The translations under genes were made by a program, and so were the position numbers. From Bdellovibrionales bacterium (GTDB taxonomy: Bacteria > Bdellovibrionota > Bdellovibrionia > Bdellovibrionales > UBA1609): a stretch of 64,000 nt of DNA. The notes beneath the pieces are model-generated. The model saw nothing but the letters and a program-made list of their open reading frames with translations. It made no database searches and was not told the DNA's origin. Where the stretch lies: positions 352,001 to 416,000 of the forward strand of contig CBDHDF010000010.1 in NCBI GenBank assembly GCA_965261545.1. The letters run 5' to 3'. This document shows, piece by piece, positions 43,043 through 55,344 of this stretch. Each line of letters begins with the position of its first letter. Position 1 is the first letter of the stretch.

Positions 43043-44575
43043 ATGTTAAAAGATGTGCGTAAACCCTTAAGTTTAAAAACTCTCATGGCCTACGTCATTT
43101 TTGGCATGATTTGCCTCACATTTGTCTTTGTGGGACTTGGGGACGGCAGGCTGGGAAGCAGTGCCGCTGGGGGAGCGGCAGCCATAGTCAATGGTTCTGT
43201 GATCTCCATCGCAGAATTCCTTAAAAGAGTCCAGGCCCAAGAAGAGCAATTCAGCATGTTTTTCCAAAATCTTTCCCCCACCATGCGACGCGAACAATCA
43301 AAGGCCCTACGAGTCCGTGTTCTCGATGGGTTAATACGCAGTGAGTTGATGACCCAATTGGCTATGGAGACAGGTCTCACGGCCTCAAATACTGAGATAT
43401 TGAACTTTATTTTACATGAAGATGAAATGAAGTTTCTCCAAAAAAATGGTCAATTTCAACCCGAAATATACGAAAGGTTTTTACAAGTAAGTCGAATGAC
43501 AGCGGGGGCCTTCGAGAACAAAGTTCGCAAGGTGTTGCTTTCTCAAAAACTCCAAGAAGCCTTTTCTCAAGCCCTCCAGGCTTCTCATCTTGAACTCCAA
43601 AAACAGCAGGAGGTCAAAGACTCAAAAATGAAGCTCAGCTTTGTCACCTTTAGCAGCGAGGACATCAAGAAGAAATACCACCCCCAAGCCCATGAAGTGG
43701 AGGATTTTCTCAAAAACTCCTCTGAGACTGTGCAGAATTATTACGACACCCATGGAAGTGAATTCACCTCGGGGGAGCAAGTCAAGGCCAAGCATATCCT
43801 CATTAAGACAAAGCCCGGTGACAAAGAGTCAGAATCCCAGGCTTTAGAAAAAATCAAATCTTTAGCAGGTAGAGCCAAAACGGAGGATTTTGGGAAACTG
43901 GCCCTGGAATTTAGCGAAGACCCTGGCTCAAAAGCCAAAAAAGGAGATTTGGGATACTTTTCCCGTGGAACCATGATGCCCGCCTTTGACAAAGCCGCCT
44001 TCTCAGGAGTTGTTGGTGAAGTCAGCAAACCCATTAAAACTCCCTATGGGTACCACATTGTCAAGGTGGAAGATAAAAAGGCCACTGAAAAACAACCCTT
44101 TGAATCTGTGAAAGACCAAATTGTCAATAAGTTGATAGCAAAAAATGCTGTTTTCAACATCATAGAAAGCTTGCGTGAGAAACTCAAAAACCAAAACGAG
44201 CCTGAAGTTCAGAAGTTTATTCGCAACTATAAACTGAAGTGGGAAGATACGGGGGAATTCTCCATAGATCGCAATAATATTCCAAAAATAGGCTTGGGAG
44301 ATACTATATACAAGGCCCTTTTGGAAAAACCTCCCTCCCAACAACAAGGAAAACTTCTCAAAACCCTCGTGGAATCCAATGGCAAGCTCTATGTTATTAA
44401 GGTGGCCAAAGTCAAAAAAGTATCTTTTTCAAAAGAATCACCGAAGAGGTCTTTTAAGTCACAACGACAAACCGAAGGTCAACCACTTGCTGGGCAAAGT
44501 GCCCTTGAAGCATGGCTAAGCGAACGAGAAAAAACAGCAAGCGTTCAAAGAAATCATAGCCTTGCCACTCAATAA
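43043..44575 (+). CDS. PpiD/SurA-like parvulin peptidyl-prolyl isomerase
   Basis: AKHILI, SEDPGS..GDLG, TPYGYHIVKV. Confidence 0.9.
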   Translation: MLKDVRKPLSLKTLMAYVIFGMICLTFVFVGLGDGRLGSSAAGGAAAIVNGSVISIAEFLKRVQAQEEQFSMFFQNLSPTMRREQSKALRVRVLDGLIRSELMTQLAMETGLTASNTEILNFILHEDEMKFLQKNGQFQPEIYERFLQVSRMTAGAFENKVRKVLLSQKLQEAFSQALQASHLELQKQQEVKDSKMKLSFVTFSSEDIKKKYHPQAHEVEDFLKNSSETVQNYYDTHGSEFTSGEQVKAKHILIKTKPGDKESESQALEKIKSLAGRAKTEDFGKLALEFSEDPGSKAKKGDLGYFSRGTMMPAFDKAAFSGVVGEVSKPIKTPYGYHIVKVEDKKATEKQPFESVKDQIVNKLIAKNAVFNIIESLREKLKNQNEPEVQKFIRNYKLKWEDTGEFSIDRNNIPKIGLGDTIYKALLEKPPSQQQGKLLKTLVESNGKLYVIKVAKVKKVSFSKESPKRSFKSQRQTEGQPLAGQSALEAWLSEREKTASVQRNHSLATQ

Positions 44576-44710
44576 AATAACCCAAGCATTCAAAATCAAA
44601 GTCAAAGTCACAATATCACTATCTATTCATTCCATTCTTCCGTGGAGCCTTCTGCCCATTGGTGAGTCAAACCCATTGTGTGGTGAGTAAAAAGCAAGTG
44701 TCAGTCAAAA

Positions 44711-46795
44711 TCAGATGGCAGGCTTACTCACCTTCTTTTGCTTTTGAGGTGCCACAATGGCAGTGTTTTGATCTATAGCAATCGTGCTGTCATCAAGAGC
44801 CATCGTATTAAAATCCAATGATTTACGACCCGCCCTCTTTTTGAGAATAATAACCAGTATCACGGCCGCAATGAGCAGAAGCCCCCCGGCAACAAGTGTC
44901 ATCAAATCGTCCTTTTTTCCCTCAGCTTTGATCTTGTCGGTATCTTTAGAAGTAACTTTTCCATTATCCCCCGGCATTTGCTCTGAGGAAGCAGGTGCAG
45001 CAGGTCTCGATTTTTTTCCCTCCCCACCACTCAAAAAGGCAGCACTGCCAGGGCCTGCGGGCGGTGGAACCTGGGCCTGGGACTCAGGAAGAGAGGGCGG
45101 TGGTGGAACCGCTTCACCCAAGTCTGCGGGAGGCGGCGGAGTCGCTTCACCCAAGTCTGAGGGAGGAGGTGGAGTTGCTTCACCCAAATCTGCGGGAGGT
45201 GGAGTCGTCCCTCCAAAACCTGCGGAATCCCCTGGTCCAGGAGTTGGCAGCGCATCGCTACTAAGCCCCTGGGGTTGGCTTGCTTGAAGCGACGGATCTC
45301 CCCCCGATCCTCTTTGAGGCAAATTTGCAGGCTGGCCTGCTGGCGGCTCTGCTGGCTGACCTCCTTGGGGCACGAACTGGCTTGCCGACTCTGGAAGAGA
45401 GGGCGGTGGTAGTGGAGTCGCTTCACCCAAATGTGCGGAATCCCCCGGCGCAGGAGCTGGTAACCCACCATTACCAAGATCCTCTTGGGGCAAGCTTGCC
45501 TGCGGATCAGGAAGAGGGGGAGGTGAAGTTTCTTGAACCAAGTTCGTTTTCGTTGGGGGGGCCAAAGATTCCAATGGTTTTGAAGAGGCCACTGAAGGAG
45601 CGCTTATACCATTGGGCCAATACTTTAACTCGATTCCCGCAGAAATTTGACCTTTAGATTCCACATGAGGATTTGTCGCCCAAATTTCTTTCCAACTATC
45701 TTTGTCACCAAGAAGTTTCATGGAAACAGCCCGAATGTTATCCTTCTCCTGTGAGGTGTAGGCTTTAGAGGGAATATTAAAGTCTTCATAATACACAAGT
45801 ATTTGATTCTGATCATTGGGCCTTTGGGGAGAGTTGTAGTAAACTTTGTCTCCCACTTTAGGGCCCCTCATCAAAGTTGGGTTCACACGAAGTAGTTCTT
45901 GCTCTCGATCACTTGTGCCATAAATTTTTGTGGATACTGAATTTATACTATCGCCAGGTCTTACCAAGTAAACCCCATTGGCCAAAATACCATTCTTACG
46001 AAAAGGAGCTTGATATACTTTTTTTACAGGAACCCAAGTTTTTTGCATGGAAGTACCACTCACTTCAATCGCAGATGCTAGGCTTCGCTTTGCTTCACCT
46101 TCACTTGTTGCTTCGCTGAACCTGCCCTCCTCTTCTGAATCCATCTCCTCTTGCGCCAATTCTTCTTCGGAGTCTACCTCCCTCTCATCAAGTTTATTTT
46201 CGGTGACTTCATATTCATCCAGTTCACCTTCACCAAAACCTTCTTCGTCCCCATCATCAGCATCTCCGGAGGCCAAATCAGCGGCTTCTTCAGCGGCTTC
46301 CAAAACACCCTCATCAACTTGCTCGCTTCCTTCAGCAATACTCGTTTCTTCTTCATCAGGACTCTCATCCCAATCGTCCTCTTCTTCGGCAATGCTAACT
46401 TCTTCTCCATCAAGATCTTCATCCAAATCGTCCTCTTCTTCGGCAATGCTAACTTCCTCTCCATCAAGATCTTCATTCAAATCGTCCTCTTCTTCGGCAA
46501 TGCTAACTTCCTCTCCATCAAGATCTTCATCCCAATCGTCCTCTTCTTCAGCAATACTCGTTTCTTCTCCATCAAGATCTTCATCCAAATCGTCCTCTTC
46601 TTCGGCAAAACTAGCTCCGGCCTCATCAGACCCATCATCCCCTTCACCACTCTCAATATCTGTAGTATCAACCACCTTACTCAATTCAGCCTCAAAGTCC
46701 TTATCTAAGCCTTTATCTCTAAAAGAGCAGCTATTAAGTGCAAATATCGCCAGTGATGCCGCAACAGTAAGAAGCAAGTGAAACCTAAGAAACAT
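44711..46795 (-). CDS. Lipoprotein with acidic repeats, LysM-like domains, Pro-rich linker and C-terminal TM
   Basis: SD-preceded ATG 46795, LNSC lipobox, YLVRPGDSINSVS, C-terminal hydrophobic helix. Confidence 0.75.
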   Translation of the reverse strand: MFLRFHLLLTVAASLAIFALNSCSFRDKGLDKDFEAELSKVVDTTDIESGEGDDGSDEAGASFAEEEDDLDEDLDGEETSIAEEEDDWDEDLDGEEVSIAEEEDDLNEDLDGEEVSIAEEEDDLDEDLDGEEVSIAEEEDDWDESPDEEETSIAEGSEQVDEGVLEAAEEAADLASGDADDGDEEGFGEGELDEYEVTENKLDEREVDSEEELAQEEMDSEEEGRFSEATSEGEAKRSLASAIEVSGTSMQKTWVPVKKVYQAPFRKNGILANGVYLVRPGDSINSVSTKIYGTSDREQELLRVNPTLMRGPKVGDKVYYNSPQRPNDQNQILVYYEDFNIPSKAYTSQEKDNIRAVSMKLLGDKDSWKEIWATNPHVESKGQISAGIELKYWPNGISAPSVASSKPLESLAPPTKTNLVQETSPPPLPDPQASLPQEDLGNGGLPAPAPGDSAHLGEATPLPPPSLPESASQFVPQGGQPAEPPAGQPANLPQRGSGGDPSLQASQPQGLSSDALPTPGPGDSAGFGGTTPPPADLGEATPPPPSDLGEATPPPPADLGEAVPPPPSLPESQAQVPPPAGPGSAAFLSGGEGKKSRPAAPASSEQMPGDNGKVTSKDTDKIKAEGKKDDLMTLVAGGLLLIAAVILVIILKKRAGRKSLDFNTMALDDSTIAIDQNTAIVAPQKQKKVSKPAI
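46331..46606 (-). repeat. About 5 x 54-bp coding tandem repeat (AEEEDD[L/W]DEDLDGEE[T/V]SI)
   Basis: Period read directly from the sequence. Confidence 0.92.
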
Positions 46796-47213
46796 AATTT
46801 TATCCTCTTTTTTAGTTAAAGAAGACTTCGTTAACGAAGTTTTCATCTCACACAAAATATCTAGATTTATTTTAGCGGACATATCACTTTGAGTAAAGTT
46901 TAAGTAAAAAATGAATCCACTCAAAACAGCAATATTAGACATAAGATGGGATCTTAGAAGTTAATCCTAACAACTGGCAGAGATCGAGGACTTCCCAAAG
47001 CACACAACCCCACGACTATAGTTGAGGTTATGGATCAGGTATGGTGAGTTTTTTAATAATGCAATGTAGTCAAATAAAGATTCACAGATGCAACCCTTTC
47101 TTCAATTGACTCTCTTTGTAATACAGTTTTAAATGAAACATTGTCCACACTGAGTGTGAGCAGTTCTTGCTAACCTCACACTCTTACACAAACCTTCACC
47201 TCATTTTTCTTAA

Positions 47214-48269
<1,056 letters not shown>

Positions 48270-48357
48270 GTTAGATCCGTTGAAATTGAATAAGTTGACC
48301 CCGTTGAGTAAACTGAACCCACTGACATTGAAGAATATGATTTAAGGTGAGGTAGTT

Positions 48358-48903
48358 ATGAAATTTTTGTTCTTTTTATACTTAACCCTTCTTTCCCTAT
48401 CCGTGGCTTCAGCCCCTATTCCTGGAACCTCAAGTTCATCCTTTTTAAGATCTGATAGGGGACTGTTTTGGTCTCAGCATGGCTTTTCCGTTCACGCAGG
48501 AAAGACCTCTTGGCAACATAAAATTCCTACTGGTTCGAACAAATCCTTCATAGAAACTCTCTATAGCGCTCGCCACTCAGCCAACGGTGTTCAAGCAAGC
48601 CTTACTGTGAGAGTCGACAAACTTAAAGAAAAAATGAGTCTTACAAGATATGCACATCAGTGGAAAAAAGACTACCCCCGTCTTGGCTTTAATGTTGTAC
48701 TGGCCAAGTCCTTTTCCCTAAAGAAAGAAAAACTCTTCTTACTTGATATGGTCAACCCCAACACCAACCGCCAAGTTCGCCAATACCTTTTTCTAAAAAA
48801 CCAAAAGGCTGTTATTTTAACCTGCCGGGATCATACCGCCACTTTTCGCTCCTCGGTGGAAAGCTGCAATAGAATTGTAAGAAACTTCTCATGGGTAAAG
48901 TAA
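48358..48903 (+). CDS. Secreted hypothetical protein
   Basis: Signal peptide; SD gaggt. Confidence 0.7.
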   Translation: MKFLFFLYLTLLSLSVASAPIPGTSSSSFLRSDRGLFWSQHGFSVHAGKTSWQHKIPTGSNKSFIETLYSARHSANGVQASLTVRVDKLKEKMSLTRYAHQWKKDYPRLGFNVVLAKSFSLKKEKLFLLDMVNPNTNRQVRQYLFLKNQKAVILTCRDHTATFRSSVESCNRIVRNFSWVK

Positions 48904-49033
48904 GGTCGTAGGGTCATAAGAAAAAGAACCCCTTAATAAATTAGGGGCCCGTATAAGTAGAGATTTCTTGGTAAGTCGGGATTCCATGGCAAATAACGGA
49001 TATACCCCAAATAACCACTTCTCAGTAAGTTTC

Positions 49034-50233
49034 TCAGTAAATGCAAAAGGGACTCCTTGCGACTCTCCACTTTTGTTCATCTTCACAGAGCCTCTGTTCG
49101 AGGTCATCCACACTGGCCCCAGGGTCTTCCACCCAATGTCTCAACTCCGATGAACCACTTAAAATATCAAAGGGCAAGTGTTTGGTTTCATACTCATAAG
49201 GAGGAGGTTTCCATAAATCAAACTCTGGAAACTCCCTTCGTGTGGCTTTGAGCAAAAGAGCTACAAGGCGATAGGGGTGAAATTCTTGAGGCTGAAACCC
49301 AGAAATATCCACGTGGATTTGAATCCCTGAACATAGCTTTCCACAATGTTTTTGAAAAGTCGGCTCAAAAAAACAAGGGCGCAAAAGGCAGGACTTCATC
49401 CACTGAGGAGCCCACTCCTCCATGGTTTTAAGAACTCTTTGGGTGGGAAAGTCAGGCGCCCCTACCACTTCCAAGGGAACCGTCGTGCCACGCCCCTCAG
49501 ATAAGTGAGTTCCCTCTAACAAAACCGTTCCTGGATAAATATGGGTGCCAAGAACCCTGGGGAGATTGGGGCTGGGATTCACCCAAGTTCGCCGGGGGTC
49601 CCAACCGTATAAGGGAGAAGTTTCCATACTGTAGCCTGACATTTCGACAACATGGTATTCCAAATTCAAGTTGCGGTGGGCTTTGTACCATAGCCCTGCC
49701 TCGCCCAAGGTCAAACCATGGCGCATAGCTATGGGGGCGGCCCCCACAAAGCTCTCATAATTCATATCCAGAAGAAGCCCTTCCACCCCTCGTCCTGCGG
49801 GATTGGGACGGTCCAAGACATAAACGGCCTTTCCCTGCCGGGCACTATCCTCCATGACATAAAATAAAGTTGTCAGAAAAGTGTAAATTCGGCAGCCTAC
49901 ATCTTGAATATCCACCAATAAAGCGTCAAAATGATCCATCATCTCGGGAGTAAAGTGTCGAACCTTTCCATACAAACTGTACACAGGAATATTATAGAAA
50001 GAATCATACTCGTCACCACTTTCAACCATATTGTCTTGCTTATCGCCTCGAAAACCATGTTGAGGTCCAAAAGCCACCGAGATATGAAGGCCGGCATGAC
50101 AAAGTAAATCCATGGAGTGCTGAAGAGTCTTATTCACAGAGGCGGGATGGGCCAATAAGCCCATCCTCTGTCCAGAAAGTTTCTTAAGAGTTTGTGAGTC
50201 TTTAAGAAGTTGCTCTAAACCAAAGGACAACAT
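49034..50233 (-). CDS. namZ: Exo-beta-N-acetylmuramidase NamZ family (DUF1343)
   Basis: DIQDVGCRIYTF, LDRPNP, SEGRGTT. Confidence 0.88.
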   Translation of the reverse strand: MLSFGLEQLLKDSQTLKKLSGQRMGLLAHPASVNKTLQHSMDLLCHAGLHISVAFGPQHGFRGDKQDNMVESGDEYDSFYNIPVYSLYGKVRHFTPEMMDHFDALLVDIQDVGCRIYTFLTTLFYVMEDSARQGKAVYVLDRPNPAGRGVEGLLLDMNYESFVGAAPIAMRHGLTLGEAGLWYKAHRNLNLEYHVVEMSGYSMETSPLYGWDPRRTWVNPSPNLPRVLGTHIYPGTVLLEGTHLSEGRGTTVPLEVVGAPDFPTQRVLKTMEEWAPQWMKSCLLRPCFFEPTFQKHCGKLCSGIQIHVDISGFQPQEFHPYRLVALLLKATRREFPEFDLWKPPPYEYETKHLPFDILSGSSELRHWVEDPGASVDDLEQRLCEDEQKWRVARSPFCIY

Positions 50234-50372
50234 CTTTTGATTATGTCACTTCAAGTTCCCATCTTCAAGGCTGAAGCTCCCCAAAAAAGGAAGTTCTTTG
50301 AATTGAGAAATATGAGACCAAAGCGTCCCCAGAAGGGTGACCATTGAAAACGAAACACAGATATTATCAAGC

Positions 50373-51269
50373 TTAGGGCTGTATCACTTGATAACCATAG
50401 AGATACTCACTTTGGGGCCCCATCATGATAAACTTGGCTTTGGCCACAGGATTGTTCTCTTTGTCGAGAAGCTCATAGACCTTTTCACGAAGTTCCTCCT
50501 GGCCACTCTCTGTGGAAGACTCCTCAAGAAAAACCAATTGAGTGACTTTCTTTGGAAAAATAAATCTATAGGAACTAAAAAAGTCCATGGGAGTCATCTT
50601 AAGCATGCCCTCTGTGGACTCCATAGGTCCCTTAGATTCTGATTCTCTAGGTTGTTCCATGCTCATGCTGGAAATGTTACCGTGGGGTGGAACCTCCTCC
50701 TGGGATTTATGGGATTCATGGGCCCTTTTTGACTTATAGCGCATACTCCGCAAATAATGATCTATATCATCAAATTGAAACACATAGCTCTTTCGATAAT
50801 CTAAGAAGTCTCCGTATAAAAAATGATCCTCAGATGTGGGCTTCTTTCCAACAACGGCAGAGGGTCGTCCATGGGGCCTGGCCAACTCATCCATCAGATC
50901 CTCTTGTTTGACCACCAACCCATTGGTTTCTTGACTGGCAATATGACGACCACCTGAAGAAGGTGCCTTGTGAATCACATAGACATCGCTCACTTTCTTC
51001 TCCCTATGGAAGGAGACATTGAAGAGAGTTACAAGTAAAATAACAAAAACCAAGGATGTATAAGCTGTCACTCTTTTGTGTTCAAACTCAAAGTGAAACC
51101 CACTTTTCACCCCTTGGGCCACCTCTCCTTCATTTTCATTCCCAACATGGGAACTCCTCCCCTCAGAGAAGTGAGCCTGTGAAATTTCAATCACATTATG
51201 ACCTTTGGACTTATCGTCCGGCTCTGCCTTGTCACAACCATTTTTCTTCATTCCCACTGTTCCCCTCAC
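50373..51269 (-). CDS. Single-TM hypothetical protein
   Basis: ORF with one hydrophobic segment. Confidence 0.6.
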   Translation of the reverse strand: MRGTVGMKKNGCDKAEPDDKSKGHNVIEISQAHFSEGRSSHVGNENEGEVAQGVKSGFHFEFEHKRVTAYTSLVFVILLVTLFNVSFHREKKVSDVYVIHKAPSSGGRHIASQETNGLVVKQEDLMDELARPHGRPSAVVGKKPTSEDHFLYGDFLDYRKSYVFQFDDIDHYLRSMRYKSKRAHESHKSQEEVPPHGNISSMSMEQPRESESKGPMESTEGMLKMTPMDFFSSYRFIFPKKVTQLVFLEESSTESGQEELREKVYELLDKENNPVAKAKFIMMGPQSEYLYGYQVIQP

Positions 51270-51575
51270 CCCTTGAGATCACCACCCAGAATTCGCAAAA
51301 CTTTCCCTCTCCCTTGTCATCACCAAAATCATTCCCCCCCACCATAATGATACGAAATCACAGGTATAGCTTTTCTCAGCCTCAGACTATGACTATCTTG
51401 TTCTTTTTCGGATGGGTGCCCCTAGAACTAGAGGAAAAGTCCTTCAATCTATCTCAAAGGCGAGGCCAGTTAGCCTTGTTTATTCCTAAGATCATAGAAA
51501 ATCCCACGACAGACCCTCTATATAAGAAAGCTTCAAAGAAGGTGATTTGTGGATAAAAATGTCTTAAAATAAAGT

Positions 51576-52796
51576 ATGTGGAAAATAAATAAACTCTCCT
51601 GTCCCTCCCACAAACTGACCACCACAAACACCCCGTGGCCAGCTTTCCAACATAAGAAGGCTATACCCTTTTCAAAATCCTTTTCAAAAAGAAAAAACTT
51701 CAGTCTCAGTCTTGCAACACTCTTAGCCGCCCTCATAGCCCTTTGGCTCCACACAACCTTTTGGCCCCTTATCCCCATGGCCAGAGGTAACGAAAGTGGA
51801 AAGAATAAACAGAAAGCCTCAGATCAAGCCTCCAAGCACATAAAGTCACTACAATTAGCTATAACTAAAGCTCAATCCCTTGCCCAGAAAAAGAAGTGGA
51901 AAAAAGCGATTGCCCTCCTTGAACCCTTGGCAGATGAGCTTCCTGAAAGTGCCCTGCTCCAGTTATCAAGTTACTGCAAAGCCATTAAGGATTTTCCCTC
52001 CGAAATAAGACACCTCAACACTCTCATCAAAAAGCGCCCCCAACGAATGATTTACCACTTTCGGCGCGGCCACTCCTACAGTCAAATGCGTTCCCAACGA
52101 AAATTAGAGCAAAAAAAAATGAACCAAAAAGCTGTGACAAGCCTACGCAAAGCCATAGAAATCCAACCCTCATTCAAGTCCTCCTACACTTCCCTCCTAA
52201 ATATCTTCCAACGCAGTAAAAACCACTTTGAAGCTCGCACCCTTGTTATGGAAATGATTCATCGCTTTGGAGACAATCCCCAGTATTTCACAGAGTTATG
52301 TCACTTATATCTCATAGATGGTTATATTGATGATGGAATACGAATATGCAAAGAGGCAACCCACCGAGATCCCAAGGAGCCTAAAAACCATATTCTCTTG
52401 GCCAAGGGGTATATGAGTCAGGGCGAAGAAAGCAAAGCTGAAGCCGTGCTTATGCAGGCCTCAAAATCAAAAATCTTAGGCCGCTCCACTGAAGTACAGG
52501 AGGCCAACGGAAAGCACTACTTAGATAAAAAGAGCTTTACAGTTGCCTCTAAGTACTTTCAAAAAGCCATCGCCATCGACCCTAAGCACTGGGCCTCCCA
52601 CTTGGGTTTAGCCACAAGTTATTTTGGACGTCAAAAATACACGAAAGCACTGGCCTCTTACGTAAAAGCTTGCCAGTTGAGTCGCTCCACCATCAAACCC
52701 TATCGCTTAGCTATTACAAGGCTACGAAAACTCAATAAAATGAAGATGGCTAACAAATACGAAAGTCAAACATACAAGTGCACCACTCAACTTTAG
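51576..52796 (+). CDS. TPR-repeat exported protein (start uncertain)
   Basis: Repeated KAI..DP / HLGLA TPR-like motifs. Confidence 0.8.
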   Translation: MWKINKLSCPSHKLTTTNTPWPAFQHKKAIPFSKSFSKRKNFSLSLATLLAALIALWLHTTFWPLIPMARGNESGKNKQKASDQASKHIKSLQLAITKAQSLAQKKKWKKAIALLEPLADELPESALLQLSSYCKAIKDFPSEIRHLNTLIKKRPQRMIYHFRRGHSYSQMRSQRKLEQKKMNQKAVTSLRKAIEIQPSFKSSYTSLLNIFQRSKNHFEARTLVMEMIHRFGDNPQYFTELCHLYLIDGYIDDGIRICKEATHRDPKEPKNHILLAKGYMSQGEESKAEAVLMQASKSKILGRSTEVQEANGKHYLDKKSFTVASKYFQKAIAIDPKHWASHLGLATSYFGRQKYTKALASYVKACQLSRSTIKPYRLAITRLRKLNKMKMANKYESQTYKCTTQL

Positions 52797-52861
52797 GTGA
52801 AGTGATAGGCCATGAATACACAAATTTTAATTCTAACCCATGGCTACAAAGTCCAAGTCCA

Positions 52862-53260
52862 CTAAGCAGCACGACGCCGTGCTTCTGTAGGATCGATGTT
52901 GTACTGCTTAACTTTTCTGTAAAGAGTGGCTCGCCCAATTCCCAAAGCCTTGGAAGCCTCTGTAAGGTTCCCATTGAAAGCAAAAATAGCATTTCTAATG
53001 GCCACACTTTCAAGCTCATTGATCGTACAGACCTTGTTACGGCCGGCCCGAAAGGGTAAGACTGTTCCTCCCTCAGATTCTTGAGAGCTACCGCCCTCAC
53101 TGCCCTCATTGAAAGGCACAGATAACTGTGGAGATTTATTAGATTTCCACTGATCCATTGAGTAAGTCTCTATCTCTAAGTTGTGATTACAGGCAAAAGA
53201 CTTCGCACTTTCAATAACTCCATGGTCATCACTCACTAAAATAAGTACTGAATGCCTCAT
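52862..53260 (-). CDS. Fis-family HTH protein with degenerate receiver-like N-terminus
   Basis: GNLTEASKALGIGRATLYRK. Confidence 0.85.
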   Translation of the reverse strand: MRHSVLILVSDDHGVIESAKSFACNHNLEIETYSMDQWKSNKSPQLSVPFNEGSEGGSSQESEGGTVLPFRAGRNKVCTINELESVAIRNAIFAFNGNLTEASKALGIGRATLYRKVKQYNIDPTEARRRAA

Positions 53261-53606
53261 ATATAACTCCCATCTATATCTATAAAGATAAATAGTTGCA
53301 CTTTATTTTATTCTTTACTTTTTATTCTTTCTTTAATTAATCCTGAGGATATCCTATGAAATTCATCGGACTGTCATAGAAAAATAATGAGGCAAAAAAT
53401 CATTTTTTAAGGACTTTTGTCCTATAAGCCCAAGGAGCCACAGCAAAAAGCTCTCCATAGCATAGAAATGTTGTCATTGCAGCCTTATAGCAAAGCCTTA
53501 TTAATTGGAAGGTAAATTTCCCTTTCATAAGGAGCGTCTCAGAATGAGCCTTCAATACCTACAAGCCCCAATGGATAAATAAGCCGGAAACCAAACTTCT
53601 GCCAAT

Positions 53607-54077
53607 CTATCGGCCTCCATTTGCATTTGATTTAATATTAGTCTGCATCTTAGAAATCAACTGGACAGCCATCTTCTCATGAACCTTACACATTTTGAGT
53701 TCATCACTACGATAGGAGCGCTGGGAGGGAGTAAGAGCCCCTGTTTCAAGCTCCATTTCATAGTCCAACTTGTTGGCACGAATTCCTTCAAGCTCTTTGG
53801 TTTGCTGCTTAAAGAGTTTATTCACTCCACTTAAAGGAGCGACTTCCAACCAAGCCTCTTTCGCCTTATACCAACTAAGCATTCTGGAAAAGCGAGCCTT
53901 ATTTTTAGCCAGTGTAAAGATTGGGTACTGTGCTTCTTCCAATTCCAAAATATTTTCAATTCTATCAATCGCTAAAAGATCACTGTCGACCATATCCATC
54001 ATAGGAACCTGCGAATCCTGTGAATTTTCTACAGCCCCCACCTCATCACTTTTTATCACATCCATCGGTTCAATCAC
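53607..54077 (-). CDS. Hypothetical protein
   Basis: 156-aa ORF with SD gaggagg. Confidence 0.65.
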   Translation of the reverse strand: MIEPMDVIKSDEVGAVENSQDSQVPMMDMVDSDLLAIDRIENILELEEAQYPIFTLAKNKARFSRMLSWYKAKEAWLEVAPLSGVNKLFKQQTKELEGIRANKLDYEMELETGALTPSQRSYRSDELKMCKVHEKMAVQLISKMQTNIKSNANGGR

Positions 54078-54312
54078 AATAACCTCCTCAATCTCACTAA
54101 AGGTACTATTTCTAAGGTAACTACCCTACCTTCTAAGGCACTCATTTTCTAAAGCATTATTCCAATCGTAAGTTACCCAACCTTAAATTATCCATTCCAA
54201 ATCTTAAGGTCTATTGCAAATTCACATGCAAATTCAAATAATTCAGACTATGATTCCCAACTCATACAACACTATAGCTATAAACTCAATGTTTGGGCGA
54301 ATACAATTTAAC

Positions 54313-55065
54313 TCATCGCATTGTTTTGCGGTAAATATCAACAAAGCTCTCCACTTCGAGGCTTGCTCCTCCAACAAGAAAGCCATCTATGTTTTCTTTG
54401 GCCCAAAGATCCCTGGAGTTGGCTGGCTTGACACTCCCCCCATAGAGAATATGTATTTGCTCCGCCACATCAGCCCCTGCAAAAATGTGAACCTGTTTGC
54501 GAAGGAACTGATGGGCCTCTTCAGCCTCCAAAGGAGTGGCAACCTTTCCTGTGCCAATAGCCCACACAGGCTCATAGGCAAGAAGAATTGGCTTTGACCA
54601 GTCGGCATGGCAAGCTCCCTCTTTAAGTTGAGTGGCCAAAATTTCATATGTTTTTCCCTCTTGCCGCTCCTCCAAGCTCTCTCCCAAACACAACACAGGA
54701 GTCATTTCAAGACACTGAATCAACTTCAATTTTGAGCCACATCCCCATTGGTCTCAGCGAATAGTGCTCGCCTTTCGCTGTGGCCCAACAAGCATATACT
54801 CCCTCCCATGGACTGAACCACCCCAGCTGAAGTTTCACCTGTAAAGGCTCCACTTATTTCAAAATACACATTTTGTGCCCCCAAGATACAGAGGTATTTT
54901 TCAAAATCTCAGAGAAGACTCCAAAATGGGTGGCGGAGGAAAAATAAAAAAATGTTTTTGCTCTTCCTCTTCCAATTCATTCAGAAATTCACAGAGAAAC
55001 TTCCTGGCCTCCACAGGATTTTTGTGGAGTTTCCAATTGGCAGCGCACAATACTTCTCGAAACAA
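54313..55065 (-). pseudogene. tpiA: Triosephosphate isomerase with three single-base deletions (possible sequencing artefact)
   Basis: AANWK, GAQN, GAFTGE, GHSERR, AYEPVWAIGTG, LVGGASL motifs spread over shifting frames. Confidence 0.9.
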
Positions 55066-55344
55066 TGATATGTCCCTTCTTAGGGCTTGTAAAAAAAATA
55101 ACTTGAGCTTATTCAATTAGATATTAAAGTAAAATAGTACAATTTTAGTTCAATTTATTTTTTTTCCAAGTCCTTAGCCTTGAAATGAACTTAAAGAAAT
55201 GATAACAAATGGCAATGATAACGAAATAGTAAAATCATCATAGTAAAATCATCTAAGTCAAGCGCCAACCTAGCACACAAAATCCACCCCCACCAAAACG
55301 AAAACCAACAAGATTCTAACATTCTAGCACAAATAGAGAAATAT

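Noticed and set aside
46331..46606. CRISPR-like array
   Set aside because: In-frame coding tandem repeat with no unique spacers.
46047..46781. Ser-rich 244-aa ORF and other antisense ORFs in the track
   Set aside because: Shadow frames of real genes on the opposite strand.
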